From: a virus
Taxonomy: Duplodnaviria; Caudoviricetes
Strand: one strand, 5' to 3'
Virus record (IMG/VR): IMGVR_UViG_3300028136_000027
Span: 1-27,294 of that record
Length of the DNA: 27,294 nt
Shown here: piece after piece, positions 1 to 9,355 of the stretch
Layout: every line of letters begins with the position of its first letter
Position numbering within the stretch: position 1 is the first letter of the stretch
Notes under the pieces: model-generated
Told to the model about the DNA's origin: nothing
Databases searched by the model: none
The model's input: only the letters and a program-made list of their open reading frames with translations
Made by a program: the position numbers and the translations under genes

Positions 1-1
1 A

Positions 2-403
2 AACGGTAAACGATACGGCTTTATACCTAACCTAGACAATATGTCTTTTGGGGAATACATAGACATAGACACATACTTGGGGGATTGGGATAACATAGAG
101 AAAGCTATGGCAGTCCTTTATAGACCCGTACAGGGCAGTTATGACAAATTATACAACATAGAGCCATACGAAGCTAAAGATGCGCTAGAGTACAAGCATA
201 TGCCTTTAGGAGTTGTATTAGGGTCTATTGTTTTTTTTTACAATTTAGGGAGCGAATTGTGTCAGGTTATGATGGACTATTCACTCAAGGAGGGAATGAC
301 TTATCAACAGAAGCAAACTTTGGAGCAAAGTGGGGTTGGTATCAATCAATATACGGATTGGCTCAAGGAGACGTTACAAGATTTGAAAATATCACTAAAC
401 TAA
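2..403 (+). CDS. Tail assembly chaperone-like protein (gpG-like), 5'-truncated
   Basis: Frame is open from the window edge (NGKRYGFIPNLDN-MSFGEYIDID...), so the real start is upstream. Contains a T9 slippery run at 231-239 and precedes tail genes. Confidence 0.6.
   Translation, partial: NGKRYGFIPNLDNMSFGEYIDIDTYLGDWDNIEKAMAVLYRPVQGSYDKLYNIEPYEAKDALEYKHMPLGVVLGSIVFFYNLGSELCQVMMDYSLKEGMTYQQKQTLEQSGVGINQYTDWLKETLQDLKISLN
230..240 (+). other. Programmed -1 ribosomal frameshift slippery site (T TTT TTT)
   Basis: GTTTTTTTTTA gives an X XXY YYZ heptamer at 232-238 in the phase of the upstream ORF, with an open -1 frame after it. Confidence 0.65.
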
Positions 404-486
404 ATATGCATCAATGTTTATATGCATTAGAGTTTATGAAAGAGAAAAACGAATTAGAAGCAAAAAGAATTAAACGAAATGGCTAA
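238..486 (+). CDS. -1 frameshift extension of the tail chaperone (gpGT-like C-terminus)
   Basis: The -1 frame is open from 178 to 486 and reads LQFRERIVSGYDGLF...KWGWYQSIYGLAQGD directly after GTT TTT TTT. Confidence 0.65.
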   Translation, partial: LQFRERIVSGYDGLFTQGGNDLSTEANFGAKWGWYQSIYGLAQGDVTRFENITKLNMHQCLYALEFMKEKNELEAKRIKRNG

Positions 487-949
487 TATAGCAGCAAGAG
501 GTTTTTACCTTGTACTAGATAAAATAAAAGATGAGTTACTAGCTAACAATAGCGTTAATACAGTAACAACAGGGGATTTATTTGACATTGATTTAAATAA
601 GCAAAATATGTTTCCGCTTACACACATCATTATTAACAACGTAGGTATGCAAGAGCAGGTGTTAAACTTTCAGCTATCTATACTAGCTATGGATATTGTA
701 GACACATCAAAGACAAAGACAGCAGACGTACTTATAGGGAACGATAACGAGCAAGATATACTAAACACCCAGCTATCAGTAATTAACAAACTTGTAGGCG
801 TATTAAGACAAGGTACATTATACAGGGATATGTTTCAATTATCAGGAGACCCTACTTGTGAGCCTTTTTATGATAGGTTTGAAAATGAGTTAGCAGGGTG
901 GAGTTGCGACATAACAATACAAATACCTAATGACCAAAACTTGTGCTAG
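479..949 (+). CDS. Putative tail terminator / tail completion protein
   Basis: 156 aa, acidic, with a 'FPLTHIII' strand and C-terminal 'AGWSCDITIQIP'. Size and position in the tail module fit. Confidence 0.5.
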   Translation: MANIAARGFYLVLDKIKDELLANNSVNTVTTGDLFDIDLNKQNMFPLTHIIINNVGMQEQVLNFQLSILAMDIVDTSKTKTADVLIGNDNEQDILNTQLSVINKLVGVLRQGTLYRDMFQLSGDPTCEPFYDRFENELAGWSCDITIQIPNDQNLC

Positions 950-1479
950 ACAATACAGAGGACATATTAGAGAAATTTGCCAAGAGGGTTATACAGCAAT
1001 CTAGGACACGACTTACTAAAGGTAAGATGAACGTAGATAAGAAACTGTACAACAGCCTTAAATACGATTTAAAAGTATATCCTACTGCATTTATGTTACA
1101 ATTCCTTATGGAAGATTATGGAGCGTTTGTAGATGAAGGAGTAAAGGGTACAAAGTCAAGTGCTAAAGCACCTAATAGTAAATTTAGATACAAAGAGAGT
1201 AGCAACCTAGTAGGGCTAGAAGCAGCAACAGGTGTGTTTGGTAAGTGGGCTAAAAAGAAAGGTTTTAGATTAAGAGACCCTAAGGGAAAGTTTGCTAAAG
1301 GCACATATAAGCGTATGGGCTTTATACTAGCACAATCCATAAAAAAGAAAGGTATTAAAGCGACACATTTTTTTAGTAGGAGTTTTGAGCAGACATACGA
1401 CAAACTACCTAAAGAACTAATAGACGCATATAAATTAGATTTAGAAGAATTTTTAACATCATCGACAAGTGGCAACTAA
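943..1479 (+). CDS. Putative neck/tail completion protein (HK97 gp10-like)
   Basis: Basic 178 aa, GTG start, motifs 'LYNSL', 'YGAFVDEGVKG', 'GIKATHFF'. Confidence 0.5.
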   Translation: MLDNTEDILEKFAKRVIQQSRTRLTKGKMNVDKKLYNSLKYDLKVYPTAFMLQFLMEDYGAFVDEGVKGTKSSAKAPNSKFRYKESSNLVGLEAATGVFGKWAKKKGFRLRDPKGKFAKGTYKRMGFILAQSIKKKGIKATHFFSRSFEQTYDKLPKELIDAYKLDLEEFLTSSTSGN

Positions 1480-2641
1480 AATAAACGTAAGAAGTCCGTA
1501 TTATGTAAAAGCAAGTAATGCTAGTTTGGCATCAGCTACTTTAAGCCTGTATATATACACAGGTACATTTACAACGGACAAGGGAGCAGCTAAATACACA
1601 ATAACTAAAAACGAGATAAGCAGTAACAACTATGTTGTGTTTGAGATTGCAGAACTTGTAAGGGATTACCTAGATATAGATTTTGATGGGGAGTACGATA
1701 GTCAAACTGTATGGGTTGAAGCTGATGTAGAGATGTTTGATGCTATCAATGGTGGTGGTTCTAGCTTAGGCACAACAAGCACAGACTATATTGCTTTTGA
1801 CGGTTACGGATATTTTGAAGATGCCATCAATCCTGAATTAAGTAGAACGTACTTACAAAGTAACAACACTATATTCAGACCTAGTGACCAAAATGTTAGA
1901 GTACCTGTATTCACAGAGGACACAGATAGCGTTTCTTTTCTATACAAAGGAGAGGTAAAGCGAGTACAAAGCATAAGCAGTAGTACAAACACTAACGGAC
2001 AAATAGACTACATCACAGTATCAGGTGCTGACAACACAGATAACTATAAAGAACGTGTATTAGCTGATGGTGGTACACTTGAAGACAATAGCCTTTTAGA
2101 TGCGTTTTTAGACAGCGTAGATATAGGCTTGGTAGATGAACTATATATCAATTCAGATAGTGGCACAGAAGCCGTTAAAATAAGCACAGAGCCTTGTTCA
2201 AAGTATGAGCCTTACAAAGTTACGTTTATTAACAAGTTTGGTGCATTACAGGATATGTACTTTAGCCTTAAAAGCACAGAGAGCCTAAACACAAAGGGCG
2301 AAACCTACAAATCAAATGTAGTAGACTTTGGTACACTAACATACGACACCTACAAACCACAAGTAAGTCAGTATAACAAAATGGGTAAGGAAAGCATTTC
2401 GCTAAACACTAACTACCTATCAGAAGAATATAACGAAGTAATAAAACAGCTTATGATGTCAGAGCAAGTATGGCTTACTAGACTAGACAATCCTGCACCT
2501 GATAGCTACAACCTTGAAACCGTATTAGCTGTAATACCCAAGACACAAAGGGTAACATACAAAACAAGCCTTAATGATAGACTTGTACAATATACAGTAG
2601 ACTTTGATTATGCTTTTGATAAGATAAACACAGTAAGATAG
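1469..2641 (+). CDS. Tail structural protein (distal tail/baseplate-like)
   Basis: 390 aa, beta-rich, C-terminal 'FINKFGALQDMYF...QLMMSEQVW' module, translationally coupled to the next tail gene. Confidence 0.5.
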   Translation: MATKINVRSPYYVKASNASLASATLSLYIYTGTFTTDKGAAKYTITKNEISSNNYVVFEIAELVRDYLDIDFDGEYDSQTVWVEADVEMFDAINGGGSSLGTTSTDYIAFDGYGYFEDAINPELSRTYLQSNNTIFRPSDQNVRVPVFTEDTDSVSFLYKGEVKRVQSISSSTNTNGQIDYITVSGADNTDNYKERVLADGGTLEDNSLLDAFLDSVDIGLVDELYINSDSGTEAVKISTEPCSKYEPYKVTFINKFGALQDMYFSLKSTESLNTKGETYKSNVVDFGTLTYDTYKPQVSQYNKMGKESISLNTNYLSEEYNEVIKQLMMSEQVWLTRLDNPAPDSYNLETVLAVIPKTQRVTYKTSLNDRLVQYTVDFDYAFDKINTVR

Positions 2642-4794
2642 TGATTATACAATTATACATAGAAGGGCAAAGGGTAGAACTTTTTAAAGACGAAAGTGTT
2701 ACAATAACTGACAGCATCCAAAACGTAAAGGATATAGGTTCTATATTTACAGCCTTTAGTCAATCTTTTAATGTACCTGCAAGTAAGGCTAATAATAAAA
2801 TATTTAAGCACTATTATAATTATGATATTGATTTAGCATATTCTTTCAATGCTAATGATTTAGTTTCAGGGATTATAGAACTAAACAACCTGCCATTTAG
2901 GAAAGGTTTTATAGGGCTTGATGGTGTTACATTAAAAAACAACAAAGCACACTCGTACAAAATTACATTCTTTGGAGAAACAGTAGATTTAAAAACAAAA
3001 CTAAAAGAGACTAAATTAAGTACAGTGTTTCAGGGAGTTACTACTTATGACCACGAGTACGGAGTATCAACTGTAAAAACAGGATTAGAAAGTAGTTTAG
3101 CAAGTGGAGCAATAAGATACCCTTTAATATCACATACTGAAAGATTATTCTTTGATAGTGGTACGCATATTGCTAATGACCGTAATTTACATTATGATAC
3201 AGGAGGTGGTGGTGGTGGTTCACATAATCACGGTATAAGATACAATGACTTAAAACCTGCTATAAAATTAAGTACTATTGTAGATGAGATAGAAAACTTT
3301 ACAGGATTAACTTTTACAAGTGGAGCAAGTGATGACTTTTTTGACGAAACTAATAATCCTTTGTGGGGTACTTTATATTTGTGGTTAAGTAGAGTAAAAG
3401 GTGGTTTAGGCTTAAACGTAACAGGTACAGCAGTTGTAGATATGCCATTTACAGACTTTTATTTTTCAAGTGCAAGTCCTAGAGAATGGTATCCTGAACT
3501 ACAAGGTACTACCCCTAACTTATCGCCATATTCTAGGATAAATTCAGGAGTTTGGACTATAAGGCCACAAGCAGCTTTTTTTCCAAGTGATACATCATAC
3601 CAATACTATACAACTTTCACGCTAACAAGCACATCACAATATACGATGATTGTTGAAGATGTTACAAGTACACCGTTTACAGTAGCATCAACAACAGGAA
3701 CAGGAACACTTACATTAAGTAATGTGTTTGTAGGTACAAATAATGTTTATGGTCAAATAAGAAAAATAAGATATAGGGTAACAAGCGAAGACCCTGCTAT
3801 AACATTCACACCTACAATTGACTTCAAGTATCAAATCTTTCAAAGTGGTAGTCTTTCAACATTTCGCACACAAATTACAGGTAACGCAATAGAGCCTAAT
3901 GGTGCTGTTAGTAATATAGTAGTATCAGACCAAATGCCTGATTTAAAAGTTATTGATTTTCTTACAGGACTATTTAAGATGTTTAACCTAACAGCTTTTG
4001 TACAAGATGACGGTAAGATTAAGGTTATGACTTTGGATAATTTCTATGCTGATGGCACGTCTTATGATGTTAGTGAGTTTGTAGATGTAAACCAAAGCGA
4101 TGTTAATTTTTCTATACCTTACCAAGAGATAGCATTTAGATTTAAAAAACCAAACACATTTTTAGGTATAAACTTTAGCGAGATTAACAACAAAGTTTTC
4201 GCAGACCTAGAAAGCACAACAGCAGAAAACGCTGATGTACAAACAACTAATAGAGGTGGTAAGTATGTAGTGCAGTTACCTTTTGGCAAAATGATTTACG
4301 AAAGGCTTAATGATTTGGATGATGGCACACAAAGTTTAATGCAATACGGCTACTGTACTGACAAAGACCAAAATCCTATTAACATAGACCCTCTTATTTT
4401 AAATATAACAAACGAAACTTTAACAGCAGGGCATTATTTAAGTTTTTACAATGGTACAAGTACAGGCACTGCAGCAGGGTTAACTACATATAATAGACCA
4501 TCTAATACATACGGCACAAGTCAATCTTTAAGTTTTGGCACAGAGATAGACGAGTACACAGGACTAGCAGAAGATGATAGCTTATTTGAGAACTATTATA
4601 AGAATTATATTGTAGATACTTTCAATGCTAAAAGAAGATTAGTAAAAGTAAAAGCATTTTTGCCATTAAGGGTATTGTTAAACTATCAGCTTAATGATGT
4701 ATTTATTATAAATGGTAGGGAGTATATTATAAACAGCGTAAACACAAACCTGCTAACAGGCAAAAGTGATTTAGAACTATTAAACAAGCTATGA
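2641..4794 (+). CDS. Tail tip / baseplate hub protein
   Basis: 717 aa. N-terminus 'QLYIEGQRVELFKDESVTIT...FSQSFNVPAS..NNKIF', a T/S-rich central insert, and 'MPDLKVIDFLTGLFKMFNL'. Confidence 0.6.
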   Translation: MIIQLYIEGQRVELFKDESVTITDSIQNVKDIGSIFTAFSQSFNVPASKANNKIFKHYYNYDIDLAYSFNANDLVSGIIELNNLPFRKGFIGLDGVTLKNNKAHSYKITFFGETVDLKTKLKETKLSTVFQGVTTYDHEYGVSTVKTGLESSLASGAIRYPLISHTERLFFDSGTHIANDRNLHYDTGGGGGGSHNHGIRYNDLKPAIKLSTIVDEIENFTGLTFTSGASDDFFDETNNPLWGTLYLWLSRVKGGLGLNVTGTAVVDMPFTDFYFSSASPREWYPELQGTTPNLSPYSRINSGVWTIRPQAAFFPSDTSYQYYTTFTLTSTSQYTMIVEDVTSTPFTVASTTGTGTLTLSNVFVGTNNVYGQIRKIRYRVTSEDPAITFTPTIDFKYQIFQSGSLSTFRTQITGNAIEPNGAVSNIVVSDQMPDLKVIDFLTGLFKMFNLTAFVQDDGKIKVMTLDNFYADGTSYDVSEFVDVNQSDVNFSIPYQEIAFRFKKPNTFLGINFSEINNKVFADLESTTAENADVQTTNRGGKYVVQLPFGKMIYERLNDLDDGTQSLMQYGYCTDKDQNPINIDPLILNITNETLTAGHYLSFYNGTSTGTAAGLTTYNRPSNTYGTSQSLSFGTEIDEYTGLAEDDSLFENYYKNYIVDTFNAKRRLVKVKAFLPLRVLLNYQLNDVFIINGREYIINSVNTNLLTGKSDLELLNKL

Positions 4795-4937
4795 TAAAAA
4801 ATATACTAGACTTATTAGAATTAGCAAAAGGAGAAACAGAGAACATCCGTATAGCACAAGGTAAGTATCATTTGCCTAGTGGGTTAATGGGTGCAGGTAA
4901 AAAAATTAAAAGAGAAGCGAAATGGCAGAAAAAGTAG
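4791..4937 (+). CDS. Small hypothetical protein (48 aa), not in the ORF track
   Basis: MIKNILDLLELAKGETENIRIAQGKYHLPSGLMGAGKKIKREAKWQKK. ATGA overlap upstream and overlap with the tape measure start. Confidence 0.65.
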   Translation: MIKNILDLLELAKGETENIRIAQGKYHLPSGLMGAGKKIKREAKWQKK

Positions 4938-7318
4938 TTATACAGTTAGAGGCGGATACTTCAAAAGCTGTAAAAGGTCTTGAACAATTTGATAAAAAAA
5001 TAACCGACACAACTAAACAAACTAAAAAAGTAGGTGGTGGTATGGCAAAAGCCTTTACAGGCGCAAAAACAGCTATACTTGGTGCAGTACCTGCTTTAAA
5101 TGCTTTCAAAGGTGCTTTAATATCAACAGGTATTGGCGCATTTGTTGTTGCACTTGGCGCACTTACTAAATTTTTTATAGATGCAGGTAAAAAGGGTGCT
5201 GAATTTGGAAAGGCGTTAAGTGGTTTAAAAGCAGTTGCAGGTGCTACTGAACAAGAAATGTCTATACTATCTGACCAAGCTAAAGAACTTGGTAGTACTA
5301 CTGCATTTACAGCTTCACAGGTTGTTAAATTACAAACAGAACTTGCTAAGTTAGGTTTTACTGTTGCTGATATCAGAAACGCAACACCTGCCATATTAGA
5401 CTTAGCAGCTTCTTTAGAAGTGGATTTATCAAGTGCAGCAGAATTTGCAGGTAGTGTTGTAAGGTCATTTGGATTAACAACAGAAGAAACACAAAGAGTT
5501 GTTGATGTTATGGCATTAAGTACAGCATCATCTGCACTTAACTTTGATGCATTGACTGAAAGTTTGAAAGTGGTTGCTCCTACATCTAAAGCAGTGGGTA
5601 TAAGCATAGAAAGAACTACTGCTCTTTTAGGTGTGTTAGCAGACACAGGTTTAAAGGGGAGTATAGCAGGTACAGGGCTTTCTAAAACGTTTATAGCATT
5701 AAATAAAGAAGGTATATCATTAGAAGAAGCTATGGACAAAGTTCGTAGGTCATCTAACCAACTTAACACAGCAGTTGAACTTGTGGGTGTAGTAGGTGCA
5801 AAGTCGTTATTGAATTTAGCTAGTTCAGGAGATAAAATTGGAGATTTAGAAGATAAGTTTAATAATGCAGCAGGAGCAGCTAAAAACATAGCTGAAACTA
5901 GACTAGATAATCTTGCAGGAGATACTACAAAGCTAGGAAGTGCTTGGGAAGGTTTTCTTTTAAACATAGAAGATGGTTCAGGTGCTATTAACAAACTAGC
6001 AAGAGGTGGTGTTCAATTTTTAACTAAAGCAATAACATTTTTACAAGATAGTATTGAATTTACAGCCTTTGCATTTAAAGATGGTTGGAGAGGTATAAAG
6101 GAGTTTACAAATTCAGGTGTTCAAATAACAGGTGGTTATTTAGATTTATTAGGTCAGGGCATTAAATTATTTGCGAATAATGCTTTATTGTCAATTTCAG
6201 AAATACCAATTTTAGGTAGAGCAATTGATAAGGAGCAAATAGAGCAAAATATAAAGTTAGCACAAGAAGGATTACAAAAAGCAAACGATAAGATTGATGA
6301 GGGTGTTGCAAGGTATCGTGAAGAACAAATAAAGCAAGGTACAGCATACGCAAGGTTTGCAATAGAGCAAGAAACAAAAGCAACATTATTAGCTAAAAAG
6401 CAACAACAAAAACAAATAGAAGAAGAACAAGATTTAGTTGATGCAGATGCAGATGAAAAAGAGCAAGAGCGTTTAAAACAAAGAGAAAAAGACCTTGCTA
6501 AATTAGCCAAGATAGAAAAGGATTTTATAAAAAAGCAAGAAGACTTAGAAGATGTAACTGAACTTGCTAAAGCACAACGAAAAAGAGAAAGGGCATTAGC
6601 AGAGATAGAAGCACTAAAACTAACAGAAGAAGAAAAAAGAAAGGCAATTGCAGGTGTTAATGATTATTACGACCAAGTAGAAGCAGAGGCTAAAGAACAG
6701 GATGACGTTATTACTGAAGAAAAAAGGTTAGCTAATTTAGATATCCTTAAAAAACAAGCAGAAGAAGAAAGGCAAATAGAATTACAAAAGATACGAGATA
6801 AGCAAATGGTATTGGATGCTGTTAGTCAATTTGCATCTGCAGAAACAGGTATAGGCAAAGCTTTACTTATAGCTAAACAGGCTTTAGCCCTGAAAGAAAC
6901 TTTATTAGATTTAAAAAGAATTACATTTAAAGGTACACAAGCAGTAAGCGAAGCAGGGGTTTCAACAGCACAGAACGTAGCACAAAGTAGTAAGATAGGC
7001 TTCCCACAAAACATAATTACAATAGCAGCAGCTATTGGTCAAGGTATATCTATTATAAGAAATGTTAAAAAAGCAGTAAGTAAAACAAAGGCAGGAGCAG
7101 CTGCAGCGGCAGGAGGAGTATCAACACCAAGTGTAGCTACACCATCAGCTTCATCACAACCCCCTGCATTTAACATAGTAGGCGCAAGTGGTACAAACCA
7201 ATTAGCTGAAACAATAGCAGGGCAAAACGAAAGACCTATTAAAGCGTTTGTAACATCACAAGACGTAACAACTGCACAAAGTTTAGAGCGTAATATAGTA
7301 GAGGGTGCATCAATATAG
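4922..7318 (+). CDS. Tail tape measure protein (TP901-type core)
   Basis: 798 aa, Ala/Gly-rich and helical. 'AKELGSTTAFTASQV...LAKLGF', 'LGVLADTGLKGSIAGTGL' and 'LDNLAGD' motifs, then a coiled coil. Confidence 0.9.
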   Translation: MAEKVVIQLEADTSKAVKGLEQFDKKITDTTKQTKKVGGGMAKAFTGAKTAILGAVPALNAFKGALISTGIGAFVVALGALTKFFIDAGKKGAEFGKALSGLKAVAGATEQEMSILSDQAKELGSTTAFTASQVVKLQTELAKLGFTVADIRNATPAILDLAASLEVDLSSAAEFAGSVVRSFGLTTEETQRVVDVMALSTASSALNFDALTESLKVVAPTSKAVGISIERTTALLGVLADTGLKGSIAGTGLSKTFIALNKEGISLEEAMDKVRRSSNQLNTAVELVGVVGAKSLLNLASSGDKIGDLEDKFNNAAGAAKNIAETRLDNLAGDTTKLGSAWEGFLLNIEDGSGAINKLARGGVQFLTKAITFLQDSIEFTAFAFKDGWRGIKEFTNSGVQITGGYLDLLGQGIKLFANNALLSISEIPILGRAIDKEQIEQNIKLAQEGLQKANDKIDEGVARYREEQIKQGTAYARFAIEQETKATLLAKKQQQKQIEEEQDLVDADADEKEQERLKQREKDLAKLAKIEKDFIKKQEDLEDVTELAKAQRKRERALAEIEALKLTEEEKRKAIAGVNDYYDQVEAEAKEQDDVITEEKRLANLDILKKQAEEERQIELQKIRDKQMVLDAVSQFASAETGIGKALLIAKQALALKETLLDLKRITFKGTQAVSEAGVSTAQNVAQSSKIGFPQNIITIAAAIGQGISIIRNVKKAVSKTKAGAAAAAGGVSTPSVATPSASSQPPAFNIVGASGTNQLAETIAGQNERPIKAFVTSQDVTTAQSLERNIVEGASI

Positions 7319-7336
7319 TAAAATATAAAAAATAAA

Positions 7337-7351
7337 CGTTATAGTTATATG
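7337..7351 (+). promoter_or_regulatory. Putative late promoter, copy 1 (CGTTATAGTTATATG)
   Basis: Motif ends in the ATG of the protease. TAAAA lies 13 nt upstream. Four copies occur in the window. Confidence 0.7.
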
Positions 7352-8443
7352 AGGATAGTCGAACTTATTTTAGATGAAAATAGTGTAGAGGGTATAGAGG
7401 CTATCTCTATTGTAGAAAACCCTGCCATTGAAGAAGACTTTGTTGCACTAAAAAACGAAGAAGTACAACTAGCACAAATAGACAAACAACTATTAGTAGG
7501 TGCTTTACTTATTCCTAACAAACCTATATACAGGCGTAGAGGAGAAGATGAGTATTATATTTATTTCTCTAAAGACACTATCCGTAAGGCTGCTGAAATG
7601 TACCTTATGAAAGGCAATCAGAACAACAGCACACTAGAACACCAACACAGCTTAAATGGGCTTACGCTAGTAGAGAGTTGGCTAGTAGAAGATGAAACAC
7701 ACGATAAGTCTAGGAAGTATGGCTTAAACGTGCCTGTGGGTACTTGGATGGGTGTAGTCAAAGTAAACAACGATGAAGTTTGGAATGACTATGTAAAAAC
7801 AGGCAAAGTAAAAGGTTTCTCAATAGAGGGCTACTTCATAGACAAGATGGAAAGACCTAAAGAACCTTTAAATGACTTTGAAGAAGAAGAAGCAGAGGAG
7901 ATGCTATCTTATATACGTAGAATTGTAAGAGATGACAAACGTTATAAACACGGTAAGAAAGAAGAATTGGAAAGCTATTCAGACTATCCTGATGCTGTAA
8001 AAAACAACGCACAAAGAGGTATAGACCTAAACAAAGAAGTAAACAACAAGTGCGCAACTGATGTAGGTAAGATAAGAGCGCAACAATTAGCACAAGGCAA
8101 ACCTATTAGCGAAAACACTATAAAACGTATGTACTCTTATTTGTCAAGAGCAGAGGAGTATTACGATGAAGGAGATACTAAAGCGTGTGGTACTATATCC
8201 TACTTGTTGTGGGGTGGTAAAGCTGCCAAGAGATGGGCTGAAAGCAAACTAAAAGAATTAGGCTTGTTAGAGTTAAGTGAAGTAGTAAGCGACACTATGG
8301 CTATTATAGATGATAGACTAGCATACGCAAGTAAAGAACTAGCAATAAAAGCAGCACAGGATATAGGTTGTGAGAGTTACCACGAACACGAGTATGAAGG
8401 TAAGACTTGGTTTATGCCTTGTGAGCAACACAAATTAGATTAA
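7349..8443 (+). CDS. Prohead serine protease (XkdF-like) with C-terminal accessory domains
   Basis: 'AISIVENPAIE', 'LLIPNKPIYR', 'STLEH', 'VESW', 'GTW', 'GKVKGFSIEG'. Lies upstream of the scaffold and capsid genes. Confidence 0.8.
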   Translation: MRIVELILDENSVEGIEAISIVENPAIEEDFVALKNEEVQLAQIDKQLLVGALLIPNKPIYRRRGEDEYYIYFSKDTIRKAAEMYLMKGNQNNSTLEHQHSLNGLTLVESWLVEDETHDKSRKYGLNVPVGTWMGVVKVNNDEVWNDYVKTGKVKGFSIEGYFIDKMERPKEPLNDFEEEEAEEMLSYIRRIVRDDKRYKHGKKEELESYSDYPDAVKNNAQRGIDLNKEVNNKCATDVGKIRAQQLAQGKPISENTIKRMYSYLSRAEEYYDEGDTKACGTISYLLWGGKAAKRWAESKLKELGLLELSEVVSDTMAIIDDRLAYASKELAIKAAQDIGCESYHEHEYEGKTWFMPCEQHKLD

Positions 8444-8574
8444 TGGCTAAACAAATACAAATAGGTAAGATTGTGAAGCCTAAAGTAAGGCGCAAGGGTG
8501 TACACGCTAAAACTAAAATGTCAAGTATAAAAGGCAGTAAGCTATATAAGAAAAAAAATAGAGGGCAAGGATGA
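8443..8574 (+). CDS. Small Lys/Arg-rich protein (43 aa), not in the ORF track
   Basis: MAKQIQIGKIVKPKVRRKGVHAKTKMSSIKGSKLYKKKNRGQG, with TAATG and ATGA overlaps at its ends. Confidence 0.65.
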   Translation: MAKQIQIGKIVKPKVRRKGVHAKTKMSSIKGSKLYKKKNRGQG

Positions 8575-8702
8575 AAGATTTAACAGTATCAAGAACAAGT
8601 CCTAAAAGCAGTAAACGTGGATGTTTATGTGCTGACAAAAACACTTACAGTACAAAATGCTGTAAAGGTAAACTAATCAATCAAGGCATTGGTAAAATCT
8701 AA
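8571..8702 (+). CDS. Small Cys-rich protein (43 aa), not in the ORF track
   Basis: MKDLTVSRTSPKSSKRGCLCADKNTYSTKCCKGKLINQGIGKI. CxC...CC motif and ATGA overlap. Confidence 0.65.
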   Translation: MKDLTVSRTSPKSSKRGCLCADKNTYSTKCCKGKLINQGIGKI

Positions 8703-8726
8703 AAATGTAAAATAAGTTAAATAAAT

Positions 8727-8741
8727 AGTTATAGTTATATG
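8727..8741 (+). promoter_or_regulatory. Putative late promoter, copy 2 (AGTTATAGTTATATG)
   Basis: Ends in the ATG of the scaffold gene. TAAAA lies 14 nt upstream. Confidence 0.65.
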
Positions 8742-9344
8742 AAAGCAACCGAAATGTTAAATAAGATTAAAACCTTTCTTGGTGAAGAAACTGCTGACTT
8801 TGTGAATGATGTTGAAGCACAAGAAAAGGTAGAACTAGCGACTGCAAAGCTAGAGAACGGTACTGTGTTAGAAGCAGAAGCGTTTGAAGCAGGAAACGAA
8901 ATATTTATAGTTACCGAAGATGAAAGAGTAGCACTGCCTGTTGGCGACTATACTTTAGAAGACGGTAAGATGCTAGTAGTAGCAGAAGAAGGCATTATTG
9001 CTGAAATCAAAGACCTAGACGAAGAAGAAGCTGAAGAAGAAGTAGAAGCTGAAGATTTAGGCTATGTTACTAAAGAAGAACTAGCAGAAGCAGTATCTGA
9101 AATCAAAGCTATGATTGAGGATATGAAGAAAGAAGAAATGAGCGAAGAAGTAGTTGAAGAAGCTACTGACGAAGTGGAGTTATCAGAGGAATTACCGAAA
9201 GAAGTAAAAGAGGAATTGTCTGAACCTGCTGCCGAGCCTATTGCTCATAACCCTGAACAAAAAAATAACAATATCGGAGTTAAGTTTGCACAAAACAGAA
9301 AACCAAGCACACTTGATAAGATAATGTCTAAAATTAACAACTAA
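8739..9344 (+). CDS. Capsid scaffolding protein
   Basis: Very acidic 201 aa with 'LPVGDYTLEDG' and a basic C-terminal tail, between the protease and the capsid gene. Confidence 0.7.
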   Translation: MKATEMLNKIKTFLGEETADFVNDVEAQEKVELATAKLENGTVLEAEAFEAGNEIFIVTEDERVALPVGDYTLEDGKMLVVAEEGIIAEIKDLDEEEAEEEVEAEDLGYVTKEELAEAVSEIKAMIEDMKKEEMSEEVVEEATDEVELSEELPKEVKEELSEPAAEPIAHNPEQKNNNIGVKFAQNRKPSTLDKIMSKINN

Positions 9345-9355
9345 AAATAAATAAA

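Noticed and set aside
259-486. Independent 75-aa gene starting at GTG 259
   Set aside because: The frame is open back through the slippery site, so it is better explained as the -1 frameshift extension.
3202-3219. GGT repeat encoding Gly6 in the tail tip gene
   Set aside because: An in-frame trinucleotide repeat that likely encodes a flexible loop and cannot cause phase variation.
3374-3381. Intragenic TAnnTTTG matches (also near 5540, 21956, 25600)
   Set aside because: Expected by chance in AT-rich DNA, with no supporting gene-boundary context.
4906-5994. 362-aa minus-strand ORF and the other minus-strand ORFs in the track
   Set aside because: They are antisense shadows of well-supported + strand genes, with no recognisable motifs or expression signals.
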